This document shows, piece after piece, positions 43,501 through 60,290 of a stretch of DNA of 64,000 bases. The first letter of the stretch is position 1. Every line of letters starts with the position of its first letter. The position numbers were made by a program, and so were the translations under genes. The stretch is from the human T2T-CHM13v2.0 reference genome, Homo sapiens, in the NCBI RefSeq assembly GCF_009914755.1, contig NC_060946.1; one strand, written 5' to 3'. Under the pieces are notes generated by a model. The model did not search any database. It saw only the letters and a list, made by a program, of their open reading frames with translations, and was not told the DNA's origin.

Positions 43501-44009
43501 TAAAATATGTAATTTTATATCATAAAGATACCATGTATACATTGAAATATATGTATCATGTACATCTATAAGATAATATGTAAGTCTGCTTCTATGTTTC
43601 TTTTTTCTTTTACACATAAAAGCCTCTCAAAGTAGGAAGTGGGTCTAATTCACCTTTGAATCCCCCATGATTAGCACGCTGCTTTGCCAACAGTTAGGTG
43701 CTAAGTGGGAGATGATTTTCTCAAAAGACCATTCAATTTAAGCTTTGGAACATCTTCAGGCAGCAAAGGAATTAGCAAGGCACTTACTTTATCTCAATCT
43801 TCGAAAACTCCTAATCTTACCTGTTCAATTATAGGTACAAACACTCTTTGAGGACCATGATGTTGACAATTAAAGCAAAAGAAAAACATCATTAAAGTGT
43901 GGAATCTCCCGCAGGAGACTATTTGGATATAAAAATTCTAGTGAATTTGTTAAAGAAAAATTGGTCTCATAGCTTCCTGGTTTACAACGTGGGTAAGGGC
44001 ACAGTGGAG

Positions 44010-44230
44010 CATCCCTCTGCCTGACTCTAACTGCAGAATCACTCTTTGGTGACTCTTTGACTTCAGGCAAACTACTTAACCACTCTAAGTCTTTGTGTCC
44101 TCATCCATAAAATGGGGATGATGAAAGCACCTTTGCTTACATGATTGTTGGGAGATTAAATAAGGCAGTACACAGGAAGCCATTAATCTAATGAGTGGCA
44201 TTATCAATAAATGGAATGGATCATTATCAT
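44010..44230 (+). mobile_element. MIR
   Basis: GGCAAACTACTTAACCACTCTAAGTCTTTGTGTCCTCATCCATAAAATGGGGATGAT. Confidence 0.8.
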
Positions 44231-45336
44231 CATTACTTCAACAGTGGCTTTCACAGAAGCCCATCCAAACAAGTGGCTTAATGGAAATTCACAGCTAAAC
44301 TACAGGAAGGATTGCTAGCCCCAGAAGAAATAGAAGATCATTCACTCCCAGCATAGGTGCTAGCTCAGGGGAGAGGGACAACTATCATTATGAGACCAGT
44401 GAAAAGGGTTTAGAGACTGGGTGGAGGTGCGGGCGCCCATGGAAGGCTTCCTGGACAGCCTAGGACCCTCCATGATTAGAACACCCTAAGGAGGAATCAA
44501 AGACGGAGGGTGGAGGGTGACACTTCAAAGAAGCTCCAGGGCTGTATTTGAGAGGGAAAGAATTGAAATGGTACATTAAAGAGTCATACTCAGAAGGAGA
44601 GTGGATTAGAGCCACTCTCCAAGTAAGGGACGAAGCTAATGTAGCTTTTCTTGTCACCATCTGTAAAAGTTTATTATGTATACTTCAAAGGCAGTGAGCG
44701 GCAGAGGGGCTGGGGAAAGGGGCTGCTCCTCACAAAAACAGGAGCAGGAAACAGAAGACGCTGACTTGGGGAGAGGATGGGAGATCGCCTCTGTGTTTGC
44801 TGCAAAAGGAGCCAGGCCCTAGGGGGCATGAATCTGGACACTTACACCTGCGATGATCAGTAGCTGGCGGTGGCCACAGGGGAGAGGAGGATGGAGATGA
44901 GGGAGGATTAATTAACTTGAATATAGAGTGGGAGATGGGCTGGTTTCCCTGAAACTGCCCACTGGCAGCCCTCGATTCTGATCTCAATGTGCTCTGGGTT
45001 TCTTTCTTGGAATTGTTAGGAAATGATCCAAGTCGTTCTTAATCTCAACCTGCTTACCACCTGGCTGTCCATCAACACTTATTTGAATTGAACGCCAGGC
45101 CTGGCATCCAGATGGGGCGGCAGGCGGCCTGGACTATGACTCTCCACTCACCCAGGCATGATGTGGGTGATGCCGTCCTTCGAGCCCAAAGCAAGTGATT
45201 TTCAACGGCTTATAGTCTAGTGGGTGACATGGACGTTAGCTACACAGTCATGCAAATGCACTTCAGTGTAAAATGACAACCATGTGCTATGAAGGGGAAA
45301 CACAGGTGCTTGTGGAGGTACAAAGTAGGAGGAACT

Positions 45337-45723
<387 letters not shown>

Positions 45724-45895
45724 TCAAGCAAGGGTGGGATGGTCGCCTAGGAAACAGAGGAAAGAAAGTTCCAGTACGAAGGAAGAGCAGGTGTAAAGGG
45801 CCAGAGGCGGAGGGAGAATTATTTGCTCTGAAAAGAAGGGACATGAGGGTGTCTGCAGAAAGTGAACCACGGAGCAGGCATGCAGGGAGAGGTGA

Positions 45896-46284
<389 letters not shown>

Positions 46285-46546
46285 TGAAGCACAAGTGCTG
46301 GGTGAATGAAAGAGTCCCTGCTATGCTCTAGGCCTCGTACCAGGCTTTTACACATCATATCTCATTGAATCCTCACATCCATTCATTTGTCTGATACAGA
46401 AAGAAAGAATAGCTGAAAAACCCAAGGTCACTGAGGTGGTGAGTTCAGGTTGAGGTTCGAATCAGGTATGCTTCAGAAACTCTACAGCATGGCTGTTTTG
46501 TGCAAGGAGGTCCAAAACCACCAGATGAGTTGCTGAACTAGAATAA

Positions 46547-46849
<303 letters not shown>

Positions 46850-46975
46850 TAAACACAGAGTTACCATATGACCAGCAATTCCGTTCTAGGTACATATGTA
46901 CCAGGAGAATGAAAACACACATCCATGCAAAAACTTTTATGTGAGTGTTTATAGCAGCATTATTCACAATAATTA

Positions 46976-47291
<316 letters not shown>

Positions 47292-47661
47292 CTACCTAAA
47301 TGTCAGTCGAACCGATGAATGGATAAACAAAATGTGGTTTAGCCATACCATGGAATATTATTGTGGCATAAAAAGGAATTCCATACATGGTATGATGTGG
47401 ACAAACCTTGAAAATGTCATGCTAAGTCAAAGACACCAAACAGAAAAAGGCCACATGTTGTATATTATTACTTTTACAGGAAGTGCTTACAATGGGCAGT
47501 TCTGCAGAGACAGAGAGTAGATTAGTAGCTGCCTAGGGCAGCGGTAATGGGAAAATGAGGACTGGCTGCTAATGGATGCAGGATTTCTTTAGGGAGAGTT
47601 GAAAACTTTAAAGTTGGATTGTGGTGAGGTTCACATCTCTGAATATACTAAAATCCCATGA

Positions 47662-48006
<345 letters not shown>

Positions 48007-48398
48007 TAAAAGTTCAGACATTAGAGACTGGCAGGCTGGTTTCAAATCCCAGTTCTACTCATTACTAAGCCGTGTGAAATAGATCAGATGAATTTCTCTC
48101 TCTAAGCTTTAGTTCCCGCATTGGTTCAAGATGCGTAACACCAACTCACGGGGTTGCTGTGACTATAAAATGAAATATTTCATAGGAAGCATTAGTCTCA
48201 CAGTTGCTATAAGATACTCACATTTAAAAAAAATAACATAGTAGTTAACAAAACATAATACCTTAAATAGACAATGATTTTGAAAACCACAAGTGGCATT
48301 TGAAAGCACAACTAATCATATTCGCAGGCAAGCACTGTATTGCTAAAGTGTATAGCATCTATCCTCATTTGGATACAGCAACAGGGCAAAGGTGACAA

Positions 48399-48412
48399 CC
48401 TCCAGGTGGCAA
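48399..48412 (+). promoter_or_regulatory. Candidate CTCF core motif
   Basis: CCTCCAGGTGGCAA versus consensus CCASYAGRKGGCRS. Confidence 0.35.
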
Positions 48413-48889
48413 AGGTGGTAACCTCAAGCCATGGCCAGGGGCATCAGGTATGAGGAGGCAACTACATCTCTAACTCCTCAGTACTGAAAGTTAAAGCCGC
48501 TCAACACACAGAGGATTCCTAAAGAGCTCGTATTACACAGTCTCGTGAGCACTGAACAGGCATGCAGCTTCAACAGCTTGTCTATCTACTGTCCTGTCCT
48601 CTCCCTGTGTCCCACAGTGAGCAGAGGAGACCTGTGCTCAGGACAGGACCACGATTAGTGGAATAGAGCGGCCTGCTAGAGCAGACATCCATCCTGTAGC
48701 CTCTGCAGAGGCTGGGTGAAGCTGAGGCTTTGAACTGTCAGGTTTGCAGGGGAATGCCAGGTTTCTGTCTGGAGCTACTGCTAATACCATTATCGTAGTA
48801 GAGATGAGAGGATCCAAATGGGCTTTACTAATCCTCTGCCCAGCTCATGTGTCATCCCTACCCCTAGAAGGGAGGCAGAGACTGGGCTC

Positions 48890-49155
48890 GTTTCCCTGGA
48901 AGAAGAAAAGGCTCACAGGGCCCATTATAGATGCCTCACACATCTGAAGGGTGATGCTGGGAAGAGAGATTTATTCTGCATGGTGAGGGGTAAAACCCAG
49001 AACAAAGGGAGAAGTTACAAGAGGAGATTTTGGGCTGAATATGAAGAACTTTCAAAAGCCAGAACTCTTTGTAGACACAACAAGCTGTCATGAGAGGTAG
49101 CGAGTTCCCCGTCACTGGGGAGTCTGTGCACAGGCTACCTGATGACTTGGGTTAG
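48890..49155 (+). mobile_element. L3/CR1 LINE 3' fragment
   Basis: CCTGGAAGAAGAAAAGGCTCA...GAAGTTACAAGAGGAGATTTTGGGCTGAATATGAAGAACTTTC...GAGGTAGCGAGTTCCCCGTCACTGG. Confidence 0.75.
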
Positions 49156-50043
49156 GTGAGTGGCCATCCCAGGCTTTCAGGATTCCTTGTCGTGCTGCGA
49201 CTGTGTCATTTCAGGAATCATCTCTTGATTCCTGTCACTTGCAATCAGTTTCCCTTCTTTTCTCTCACTTACTAATGCTTAATAAATGATGGATCTGACA
49301 ACTTTGCTCTCAGAATGTTCTATGTTCTGTTCTATTAGACAAAGCACCACATAGTTTGTATTGGACAAATTATCATGCCAATCCCTGACACCCCAGAGTC
49401 CTGAAGCATAGTAGGTGCCAATGTGCAAATCAAAGTGGCAGCATTCCCCAGGCTTTACAACTGCCACTCAATTAGGGGACTCACAGCCATGAATTCTGTG
49501 CATTTACCCAGCTTCCCTTTGAGATTAGATCTTCCCTGAAGGGAAGAATGGGGCCTCATTTCAAGGGCCTCATTTCAAACCTTCCCCTCAAAGGATGCCC
49601 TGAACATAGTATGTGCTACATAATATATATATATATATATTTTTGGACTCAGAGAAAGATACATTCTTCTCATTCAGGGCTGGAGAGGCAGCTGCTGCTT
49701 TTGGAACAATTTTCCATTTAAACTGAGCAATCAATCCCAACTCTGCACTAGGCACAGAAGCCATACATCTCTTGAGGCCACAGATGAGCGCCCCCAGAGC
49801 AGGGATCTGGCATCAGAGACATGCTGTTCCTGTGTCCTCGAGGAAACCCTTCCTCCTCCCATAGGCTGAACCCAGCATGTACAATTCCACCCGGGGAGGA
49901 GCTGAGAAAGGGGCATGGAGCCAGATGATGACTCTGCATGGTCACAGATGTTCTCTTTCTTACGTCAAAAGTGGAGGAGGATTCTGTCTTGTCTGGCCTT
50001 TGTCTAGCAGGCTGCCCACCTCTTCTTAAAACTCAGGAGAACT

Positions 50044-50433
<390 letters not shown>

Positions 50434-50786
50434 TTAAGGTACTCACAGGCTGAAGAGGGAGTGGGAAGAAGAGGTAAGGGAATTGATGGTCATGATGGTG
50501 TCACATGCTGTGATCCAAGTAAACACCCCCCAACCCCTGTCACAGTGATAGTCAAGGGAAGCCTTAAGAATGAGATGGAATTCAGCAGGCTGATGACATG
50601 AACATCCCAGGCATAGGGACCAGCTTTTGCAATGGCATAGAGACCCGAGAGCAGGTATGCTGTTTGCTTCAGAAAGGTGCAAATGAAACAAGGTTGTCTG
50701 AATGGGCATCTGGTGCTGGGAGTTAATCCTAGAGAGGGGCTCTGAGTGCAGAGCTAAGGATGCTGACAGTCCTGAAGTGTATGCCC

Positions 50787-51160
50787 AGGAGAAGGAAATT
50801 CTCATACATGCTACAAAATGGATCAAACTTGAAGATATCATGCTAAGTGAAATAAACCAGACATACACTAAAAAAAAACCCGCAAACATCATATGACTCC
50901 ACTTATATGGGATACCTAGAATATTCAAATTCATTGAGACAGAAAGGAGACTGGTGGCTACCAGAAGCTGGGGGAGGGGAGAATGTACAGTTATTATATA
51001 TATTAATAGGTATAAAGCTTCAGTTCAGGATGATGAAAAAGTTCTGGAGATGGATGGTGGCGATGGTTGTACCACAACGTGAATGCACTTAATGCCACTG
51101 AACTATGTACTTTAAAATGGTTACAATGGTAAAATTTTGTTAGGTATATTTCACCATAAT
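50787..51160 (+). mobile_element. L1MB 3' end fragment
   Basis: GAAGGAAATTCTCATACATGCTACAA...GATGAAAAAGTTCTGGAGATGGATGGTGGCGATGGTTG...CTTAATGCCACTGAACT. Confidence 0.9.
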
Positions 51161-52539
51161 AATGTTTCTGAAGCACGGTGTTCTGGTGGAAGACACACAT
51201 TCATGACCACCCTCTTCTCATCTATGGAAGTTTAGGAACTCCAGCTTGCTCTACACTGGTGTGGTACCAGAATTACATACCTAGGGGGACTGTTGAGGAT
51301 TCACACTTTACAAACAATCTAGCATCTTTTAACAGCAATCACCTTCTGGAAGAGGGGGACCTTTAAATCCCACAATTCCTACCTCCTCCTTGCGTTTCTG
51401 ACTAACTTCCCTAATTTTATACCTTTGGGTTGAAGGAAGAAAAGAGACAGAACAGAAACAGCCACACTTCCCTTTGATAATGTGCTCCCTCTCCTAATTA
51501 ACAAGACCTTGCACAACTAAACATCTGCCAGCCTCAAAAACTTTCACAGAGATGAGCTTTGATCACAGTGGAGCACACAGAATCTACACCGAACAACAGA
51601 ATTTCACATAGCCAAAACCAGGTGGTGCTAGATCCCACCCTGCTCAATTTAATCTGACATTCTGAAGACTCTACTGGTGGGTGTCACCCTGGGCAAGGCA
51701 CAGGGGCCACTGCAGGGCACTGGGAACGAGTAAAACACAATCACTGCCAACTTCAAGGAGCACATGGATCAAAGGCAGCCTTTCTCCTCTTCCAATGCAC
51801 ACTATACTCATGGGTAACCAGGTAAGAGGGTCATGTTAATTACACCCTTACCATTTTCTTAAAAGGGTTTTCTAAAACCTACATTTGGTAACTCAACACT
51901 AAAGTGTACATATTTGACTCTCTATGTGAAAATTCTCTTTCCTTGGTTTCTCTTCTTTCTCGCGACACTCTCACCAAATGCAGAGAACTGTCATGTGGTG
52001 ATCTCATTCAACAATTTGTCATGCTTATAAATCACTTTTTGCTTCCTGGAGAAAGTTACAACGTACATCCATGACATCCTATCAGAATTATGCAGGTGTA
52101 TCCAAAAGGTTGATTGGCAACTTTAATATATACCCCAACAGAACAATCTCATCCTGGCAAGCATTAAAAACTCATCGCATATTATTACTTCACGTGACAT
52201 TTGTCTCCCGAGAAGCATCCATCCAACTGCGATGGTGTTTGCATGCAAAAGGAAAATATGGCAGGGAAGTGTGGGAAAAAACCCAGAGTGAATTCAAATG
52301 GTGGGGATGTCTTTGAACCACAACTGTTTTCCTCTCTAGAGTCATTAGTGCTAATTACTAACAACTACCCTGGTGACAAGTGCTGGCAGTTACTTAGCTG
52401 CTAATTGGCTTCAATTTACCGCTCTGATTGTGTGGTCACAGGTATATATTTGCTTGGGGAGTGAGGAAAAGAACAGGTATATCAGGCCTTAGGCTGTCCT
52501 TCCAAAAGACATCACCTGCCTAAAATGATCCGCCTAACC

Positions 52540-52701
52540 CAGTGGGTTTCAAACTTTCCCACGCATTATAATCACTGAGGGCCCCACCCCTAGGGTTACT
52601 GATTTAGTATGCCTGGGGTGCACCCCAAGACTTTGAATACCAGCAAGTTCCCAAGTGAGGCTGATGCTGCTGGTCCCAGGGCCACCTGTTGAGAACCACT
52701 G
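52540..52701. mobile_element. MER5A MITE
   Basis: CAGTGGGTTTCAAACT...CAAGTTCCCAAGTGAGGCTGATGCTGCTGGTCC...TTGAGAACCACTG with terminal inverted repeats. Confidence 0.85.
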
Positions 52702-52876
52702 GCCTCATCAATACTCTCCTTCAACCTGATCCAAGACCCTCTCCCCATCTCATCTGTCTCATCTGCAAAATGGAGGCAGTGCAACAAAAACAATTGTCTT
52801 GGAGGTCCCAAGCACACATTCCATTGCAAGGATGAAATGGTGTCATGTTTAATAGAGTCCTCTATGGAAAGAGGGA

Positions 52877-53174
52877 TTTTTATTTTTTTTTTAAGAGACA
52901 GGGTCTTGCTCTGTCACCCAGCCTGGAGAGCAAAGCACAATCATACCTCACTGTAATCTTAAAGCCCTGGGCTCAAGTGATCCTCCCACCCCAGCCTCCC
53001 AAGTAGCCCAGACTACAGGTGCATGCCACCATACCCAGCTAATTTTTAAATTTTTTGGTACAGATAGGGTCTTGCTATACTGCCCAATCTGGTCTCAAAC
53101 TCCTGGCCTCAAGTGATCCTCCCACCTTGGCCTCTGAAAGTGCTGGGATTACAAGTGTGTGCCATTGCGTCCAA
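52877..53174 (-). mobile_element. AluJ
   Basis: AGACAGGGTCTTGC and GGGCTCAAGTGATCCTCCCAC AluJ diagnostics. Confidence 0.93.
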
Positions 53175-53994
53175 GATTTTATAAATGTTCTGTGTTTTTA
53201 TAAATGATCTGTGTTTTGCCCAAACCTAACTGGGCAATTTAAAATCTCTCTCGTCTGCTTTCATTTAGACAGAAATGAATCGCAGAGAGTGAAGGAAAAG
53301 TGAGCGGTGCATGTTTACCTGGGCTTCACCAACCTATGACAATTTTGCATTTGGGAAAAAGTCTCGCCGCTCCCCTGTGAGCCCTCATCTCTGACCTTGC
53401 TTTGATCTACATTTGAAACCTAAAGAACAAGAATGTGTGAGTACAATAATAAAACCAAATCAATATTCCAGCACCTACCTAACAGATTAGAGAATAAACC
53501 TGAGAAATGAGCTCATTATTCTACTTAATAAACTACCATAAGCAAGCAATGTACTGGGAGTTAGGGATGTAAACACAATAATAGTAACTACATTTATTAG
53601 GCACCGACCATGCACGAAGCAGTCTAAACATGCAAGTCTTAATCCCTGCAGCCACCTTGTAAGGGGGTAGTGGTGATGACAGCAAATTCGAATAACATGC
53701 CTACTAGGTCCCAAGTCTCCTCTAAGCATTTTATACATATTTACTGATTTAATCAATAACTATATGAGTTAGGAACTTTACAGATGAGGAAATTCAGCCA
53801 TAGAGAGGAGACCTCTAACAATTGGCTTGTGTCTCCGTGCTAGTAAAAAGTGGAGGTAAAATTGGAACCCAGGCTGCCTGTCTCCAGAGGATGTGCTAAT
53901 GACTGCTATACTCTATCACCTCCGCTGGTAAGTGTGTATAGCCCACATTTCACTGATAAGAAAATACCAAAGTCCACAGAGGCTAAAAACTGGT

Positions 53995-54492
<498 letters not shown>

Positions 54493-55916
54493 TAAATGAC
54501 TGATGAGACCAAACGGGGGCAGCCAGACTTTCCTCCCATTTGGACAGATGTTTCCACATGTGGCAGCTGTACTCAGGTATCTTCACACGCAGCTTTTACT
54601 GCTGCTATTTCTTTATGTTGCTGATGCCAGCCACATGAGTTGTACCTGTGTGTGTACTGCTGTATGCCTTGAGGTGGGGTAATCTGGAAGCTTAATACCC
54701 CATGTGGTAATATTTATTGAGTACCCTTTAAACTATTAAGAATACTTTTAGTCTCTGATACAGACAACAAGGGTGATATTTCCCTGGCATTTAAAGAGGT
54801 TTTCTGTGTTGTTACTCAGAGTGAGGGGGGATTCAGCTTTGCATGATAAATTCCAGGGCACGTCTAGCTCTGTAATCATAGTTCCCAAATATTCCATGGA
54901 TTTTAGGTGACCTAAGAAGTACAACCAGTGGGACTGATCTCATGATCCAGTCTAGAGAATGGACCCTTCCTCTACCCCAGCAGCTGTGATGTTTGCAGAC
55001 CCTATGACAGGGATGGAGAGCTTTACCCTGGAAAAGGACTTGGTAGAAGGAATGCATTCAGCTCTGCATGGCCCTAGTCTGTCTTCTTATCTCTGACTAC
55101 CTCCATTGTGAACTGCGTCTCTGGCAAGGCAAGTTCTGCTCATTCCATCCTTGTAAGACAAATCTGAGTTATGTCAAGGTTGCTTGTTTTCCACGAAACG
55201 AAATGTCATTTTTCTACTTAGTACCCAGCCTTTCCTCCTTTGATTCCACAGCCAGAGATGGCTTTTGTCAAACTGTCTAACTGCAATGGCTAACTCCCCT
55301 ACAAGTGGATGGGACTGTAGCATATCTTCTTGTCTCATCTCTTTATTGTACCTGAGGCCCAGGAAAGGGAACTGTTTACTTGTAGGTTGACCATACAGTT
55401 GTTTTTTGTAAAGCCATGATTTTTTTCCTTGTTCTTAAAAAAGTCCTGTAAAAAATTAATGTCATAGAACTTCATTATGAGCTAAAATATTAAATTTACC
55501 TCTGACAGGGCTCTCTCTGACATTCTGGTTGCAGTATAAAGAGACACTTGCCTCTTAGGAAGGAAACTGATATTGTAGATTAAGAGAATTCAAATCCTTT
55601 GACCCAGGAATCATACTATGCTAATTTATATTAAAAATGAATCTGAAATAGGGAATGTTGTATGCCAAAGAAATTCAACAGTCTTTAATTAAATCTTCAA
55701 AATACCAGAAACATCCTAACTGGCCCAAAATAGGAGAATGTCTTTTAAAAAATTATGATTTATCACTAGATGGAACATTACCCAGTCAATGAAAGTGACA
55801 GTTACAAAGATCGATAATATTAAGTGAAAATAAAAGGCAGAAGTCAGAATTACATATAGGAGGAAAACAACAGTCTTTAAAAATATACAGAAAAGTAGAT
55901 TGCAAGTAACTAATCA

Positions 55917-56227
<311 letters not shown>

Positions 56228-57216
56228 TAATGGTGATCTTCAGGTAGTAGGAGATGTATGATTCTTCTCTTTTCCCCTAATTTTCTCTTGTCTTCAACAT
56301 ACCCTGTGATGCTCACAATGTACTCTATAATAAGCAAACACATTCACTGTTTTTTTTAAATTGTTTTTTAAATGCCTGAGCCAGATGTGTGACATCACTC
56401 CAACCCAGGTTTATGCAAAAGGAGGTGCCTAATGCCTGAGGATCCCAGAGATGCAAACCTTCCACCCAGATGGTTTTGCTGGTGAGACACAAGTGGAAGC
56501 ACGGCTGTCAGGATGTGTACTGGTGTGACCATTAATCAAACCACTAGAAGTGAGGAATGTAAAAGAAAGGCACCGCGGGAGAAGCCCTTTTGCAGAAAAG
56601 GAATCTTGTGCTGGCTAGGAAAAAAGATTTGTAACAATGCAGCCAGTTAGTAAGATTAATGAAAGGAGAAACCACTTTGCATGGTGGTCAATCTTCAGTA
56701 ATTTAAGGGTAATCGAGACTAATTTCAAGGTAATAAGAAAAGCTGCCCAAGTCTAAACTTTGGCTGAGATTCCTCTGTGAGCTAAATGGGCTAAACCTTG
56801 TGAAATCAGTGCATTATTGAGCATACAGCAACTCAAACACTTTTTGGTTCCTGTTCCAGACTGTTATATGGCCAGGGTCCTGAATCTTACAAATGGTATC
56901 CAGAATGATGGAGACCAGCAGAAGCAAGAACACACTCTGCCTGAAAAAAATGCTGATAAGCAGATCCAGGAGGCAGCGAGATGCAACTCTCTTCAATACA
57001 CAAGCAAAACAAACACATGCAAGAGAGGAAATTAAGTAAAATCTGTCTGGATTGCAACAGGACTGATAGAACCCTTGAGTTGGAAGAGACAAGAGTTCAT
57101 TTTTCTAATCCCGGAACGCTCCCACATGTGAAAAAGCAGCATCTCTCAGGGATTGGAATGCTGGCTGAGAGACTGCAATGCCAGATACAGAAAGCTCTAG
57201 AGACTTAAGAGCTGAT

Positions 57217-57218
<2 letters not shown>

Positions 57219-57252
<34 letters not shown>
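57219..57252. repeat. (CA)n microsatellite
   Basis: Direct inspection. Confidence 0.95.
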
Positions 57253-57255
<3 letters not shown>

Positions 57256-57586
57256 TCATGTGCCACATAATGATGTTTTGGTCAACAACAGACAGTATAG
57301 TGTTGTGGTCCCATAAGATTATGACGTTGCATTTTTACTGTCCCTTTTCTATGTTGAGATACACAAATACTTACCATTTTGTTACAACTGCCTACAGTAT
57401 TCAGTATAGTGACATGCTGCCCAGGCTGTAGCCTAGAAGCAACAGGCTATACCATATAGCCTAGATGTGTGGGAAGCTATAGAATCTATGTTTGTATAAG
57501 TACACTCAGTGATGTTTGCACAATGATGCAATCACCTAATGATGCATTTCCCAGAACATATCCCCATCATTAAGTGTCACAGACTG
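57253..57586. mobile_element. Tigger3a/MER7-type MITE
   Basis: GAGTCATGTGCCACATAATGATGTTTTGGTCAAC...GGTCCCATAAGATTAT...CATATCCCCATCATTAAGTGTCACAGACTG. Confidence 0.88.
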
Positions 57587-57793
57587 CATATATGTTTATG
57601 TGAACCAGTCCCCTGTGGATACTGAGGGATGACTGTGTGTGTATACATCTCACATAGCTTTCTTTCAGTCGGCTAGTCTATGTGTGTCCACACACACACA
57701 CACACACACACACGATGATGCACAGTTATGCCTGCATATGTGTGTATATATATATTCATAGACATATGCACACACATATGTATCACAGGTGTA

Positions 57794-58111
57794 TACTGCC
57801 AGCCCTCTGTATCTCCAGGTTCTACATTTGCGACTTCATCCAAATGTGGATCAAAAATATTCTAAGAAAAAACAATGAAAATAAAAATAAACGAAAGTAA
57901 CACAAAATTTAAAAATTCATACAGTATAATAACTATTTACATGGTGCTAGGTATTATAAGTAATTTAGAGATGATTTAAAGTATGCAGGAGATGTGCATA
58001 GATTGTATGTAAATACAACCCCATTTAATATAAGGAACTTGAGCATTGCTACATTTTGGTATCCACGGGGTTCCTGGAACCAGGCCCCTACGGATATGAA
58101 GGGACAACTAC
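57794..58111. mobile_element. MER2-type Tigger MITE
   Basis: GCCCTCTGTATC...TAGGTATTATAAGTAATTTAGAGATGATTTAAAGTAT...GGAACCAGGCCCCTACGGATATGAAGGGACAAC. Confidence 0.88.
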
Positions 58112-59757
58112 GTGTATATATATATCATATAGCCTTCTTTTAGTCGGCTAGTCTACACGTGGAGGAGAGACAATCACGAGTTTCAGTCCTATTAAAGTGA
58201 GTCAGAAACACGGACCTATAAAGGGGTGAAACAATCACTTCATTTGATAGAAGGGGACAGCCAAGGCCCAAAGATAGTGACCTAAGCTCACTGAGGCTGT
58301 CACTGAGGCTGTCAATAACATGAACACACAGCACTGTGTGAACAGCATGAACCAGGCACTGTGCTAAGCGCTTTAGGTAAAGGATCTCCTCGCAGGCACG
58401 TAATGTTCCTATCTTTATTTTGCTATTGAAAATAAAAACAAATTGATATCGAGCAGTTTATTTGTTCAAGTTCTCAGAAAACAGTAGAGCCAAGAATGAA
58501 CCCCTCCCATTTCAGCAGGTGTAGCTAAAAAAAAAAAAAATAAAAAATAAAAAACAACAAAAAAGAATGAATGCTGCATGATGTGATTCCAGACCGCAAG
58601 CTCTTGACCCCAAAGCCACACTTGTTGGTGCTGAGGCCCAGAAACCTAGATTTTAATGAAGGTCCCTAGACTTTCGCTCCAAATACTCCTTCTTTTACAG
58701 CATTGCAAGTGGCTTTTCCAGTGCAAATTGATGCACAGAGACCTAGAAAGAGAGCAGCAAATCTATCCATGACAAACTGTTCATCCCTGCAGACATCACA
58801 TCCATGAAAAGGTAAACTCCGGAGGGTCTGCTTGCTGTTTGTTGCTGCTGTATTCTGAGGGCCTGTTAGCGTACCTGACACATGATTGGCACTTGGTATG
58901 TGTTTGTTGAATGAATGAACTCATTTTCACAGGGAGCAGAAAATAGACAGCCAGGACGATCTTTCCCAGAACACTGGAGCTAAACAAGAACTCTGGACTC
59001 ATCAACAACACATTCAACGAGAAAACAGCCAGAAAAGCTACCCCAGAAACCCCCTCATTTTATACACTGAAGAACCCAGGCAGGGGAGGCAGTAGTCCCC
59101 GGACTTAATCTGCCCAAAAGGTGGTGCATGGAAAGTTCCCTGGTCAGCGCCCTGGATCTTACAAAAGGCTTCCAGAATGATGAACACTGGCAGGAAGAAG
59201 GTGCTCCTGCCTGACAAGATCAGGATGAGAGGTGACGAGTCCAGAGTCACCCCTCACCCTCCCCTTGGCCTCTCACCCTTTGGCTTGCCTTCCCCAGTTA
59301 GCAAAGAACACTCCCACCTGTGTATTCCACACACACAGCACCAGCCTGGCACCTTGCCAGCTTCACAGAGTCCGGGAGTGAGCAACGCCACCGTGTCCAG
59401 GCCCTCTAAGAGCCTGCGCTTCACCAGCGTGAGAAGAGCAATCAATGATAGACAGATAAATCCATAGTGAAAGCTGAGAGTTTGTTGCAGAGGATGCAGG
59501 GAGGGTGTGAGGGATGCTGTTTGAGAGAAGACTGATGGCGGAGGCCCCTCTGCTAAGGTGAGCTCTGGGCAGAAACCTGCAGGAAATGAAGGAGCGAGGG
59601 CTAGGGCTATCTGGGGAGAGAGGCTTAAAGGCGGGGAAACAGTAAGCACAAAGCAGGCAAGGCAGATGTGTGCCTGGTGTGACGAAGGCAGGCAAGACAT
59701 CCAGCGGGCTGAAATAGTGTGAGGATGTGGGGAGAGGCCCACATCCCTATGTCTCAC

Positions 59758-59929
59758 CAGGGCCAGCTTTAGGGACACAGGATCTAAAGGGCCTTGTGCT
59801 GACGAAGACCCTGTGCTTGGTTTAATGGCTTGCTATCACCATTTTGAAACTCCTAACACATTTCTTTAAAAAAAGGAAGCCCCACCTTTCATTTTGCACC
59901 AGGCCTCACAAATTATACAGCTGGTCCTG
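59758..59929. mobile_element. MER91-type hAT MITE
   Basis: CAGGGCCAGCTT...CCTGTGCTTGGTTTAATG...TTTCATTTTGCACCAGGCCTCACAAATTATACAGCTGGTCCTG. Confidence 0.75.
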
Positions 59930-59948
59930 CATCCCATCAGACCACTGA

Positions 59949-60290
<342 letters not shown>

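Noticed and set aside
49787-49802. GCGCCCCCAG as a CTCF site
   Set aside because: Only half of the core matches; the CCASYAG half is absent.
50443-50934. 163-aa - strand ORF
   Set aside because: It begins in antisense L1MB sequence; no domain or splice support.
59254-59778. 174-aa - strand ORF
   Set aside because: Non-ATG start, Leu/Ser/Pro-rich composition typical of non-coding or L2-like DNA, and no recognisable homology.
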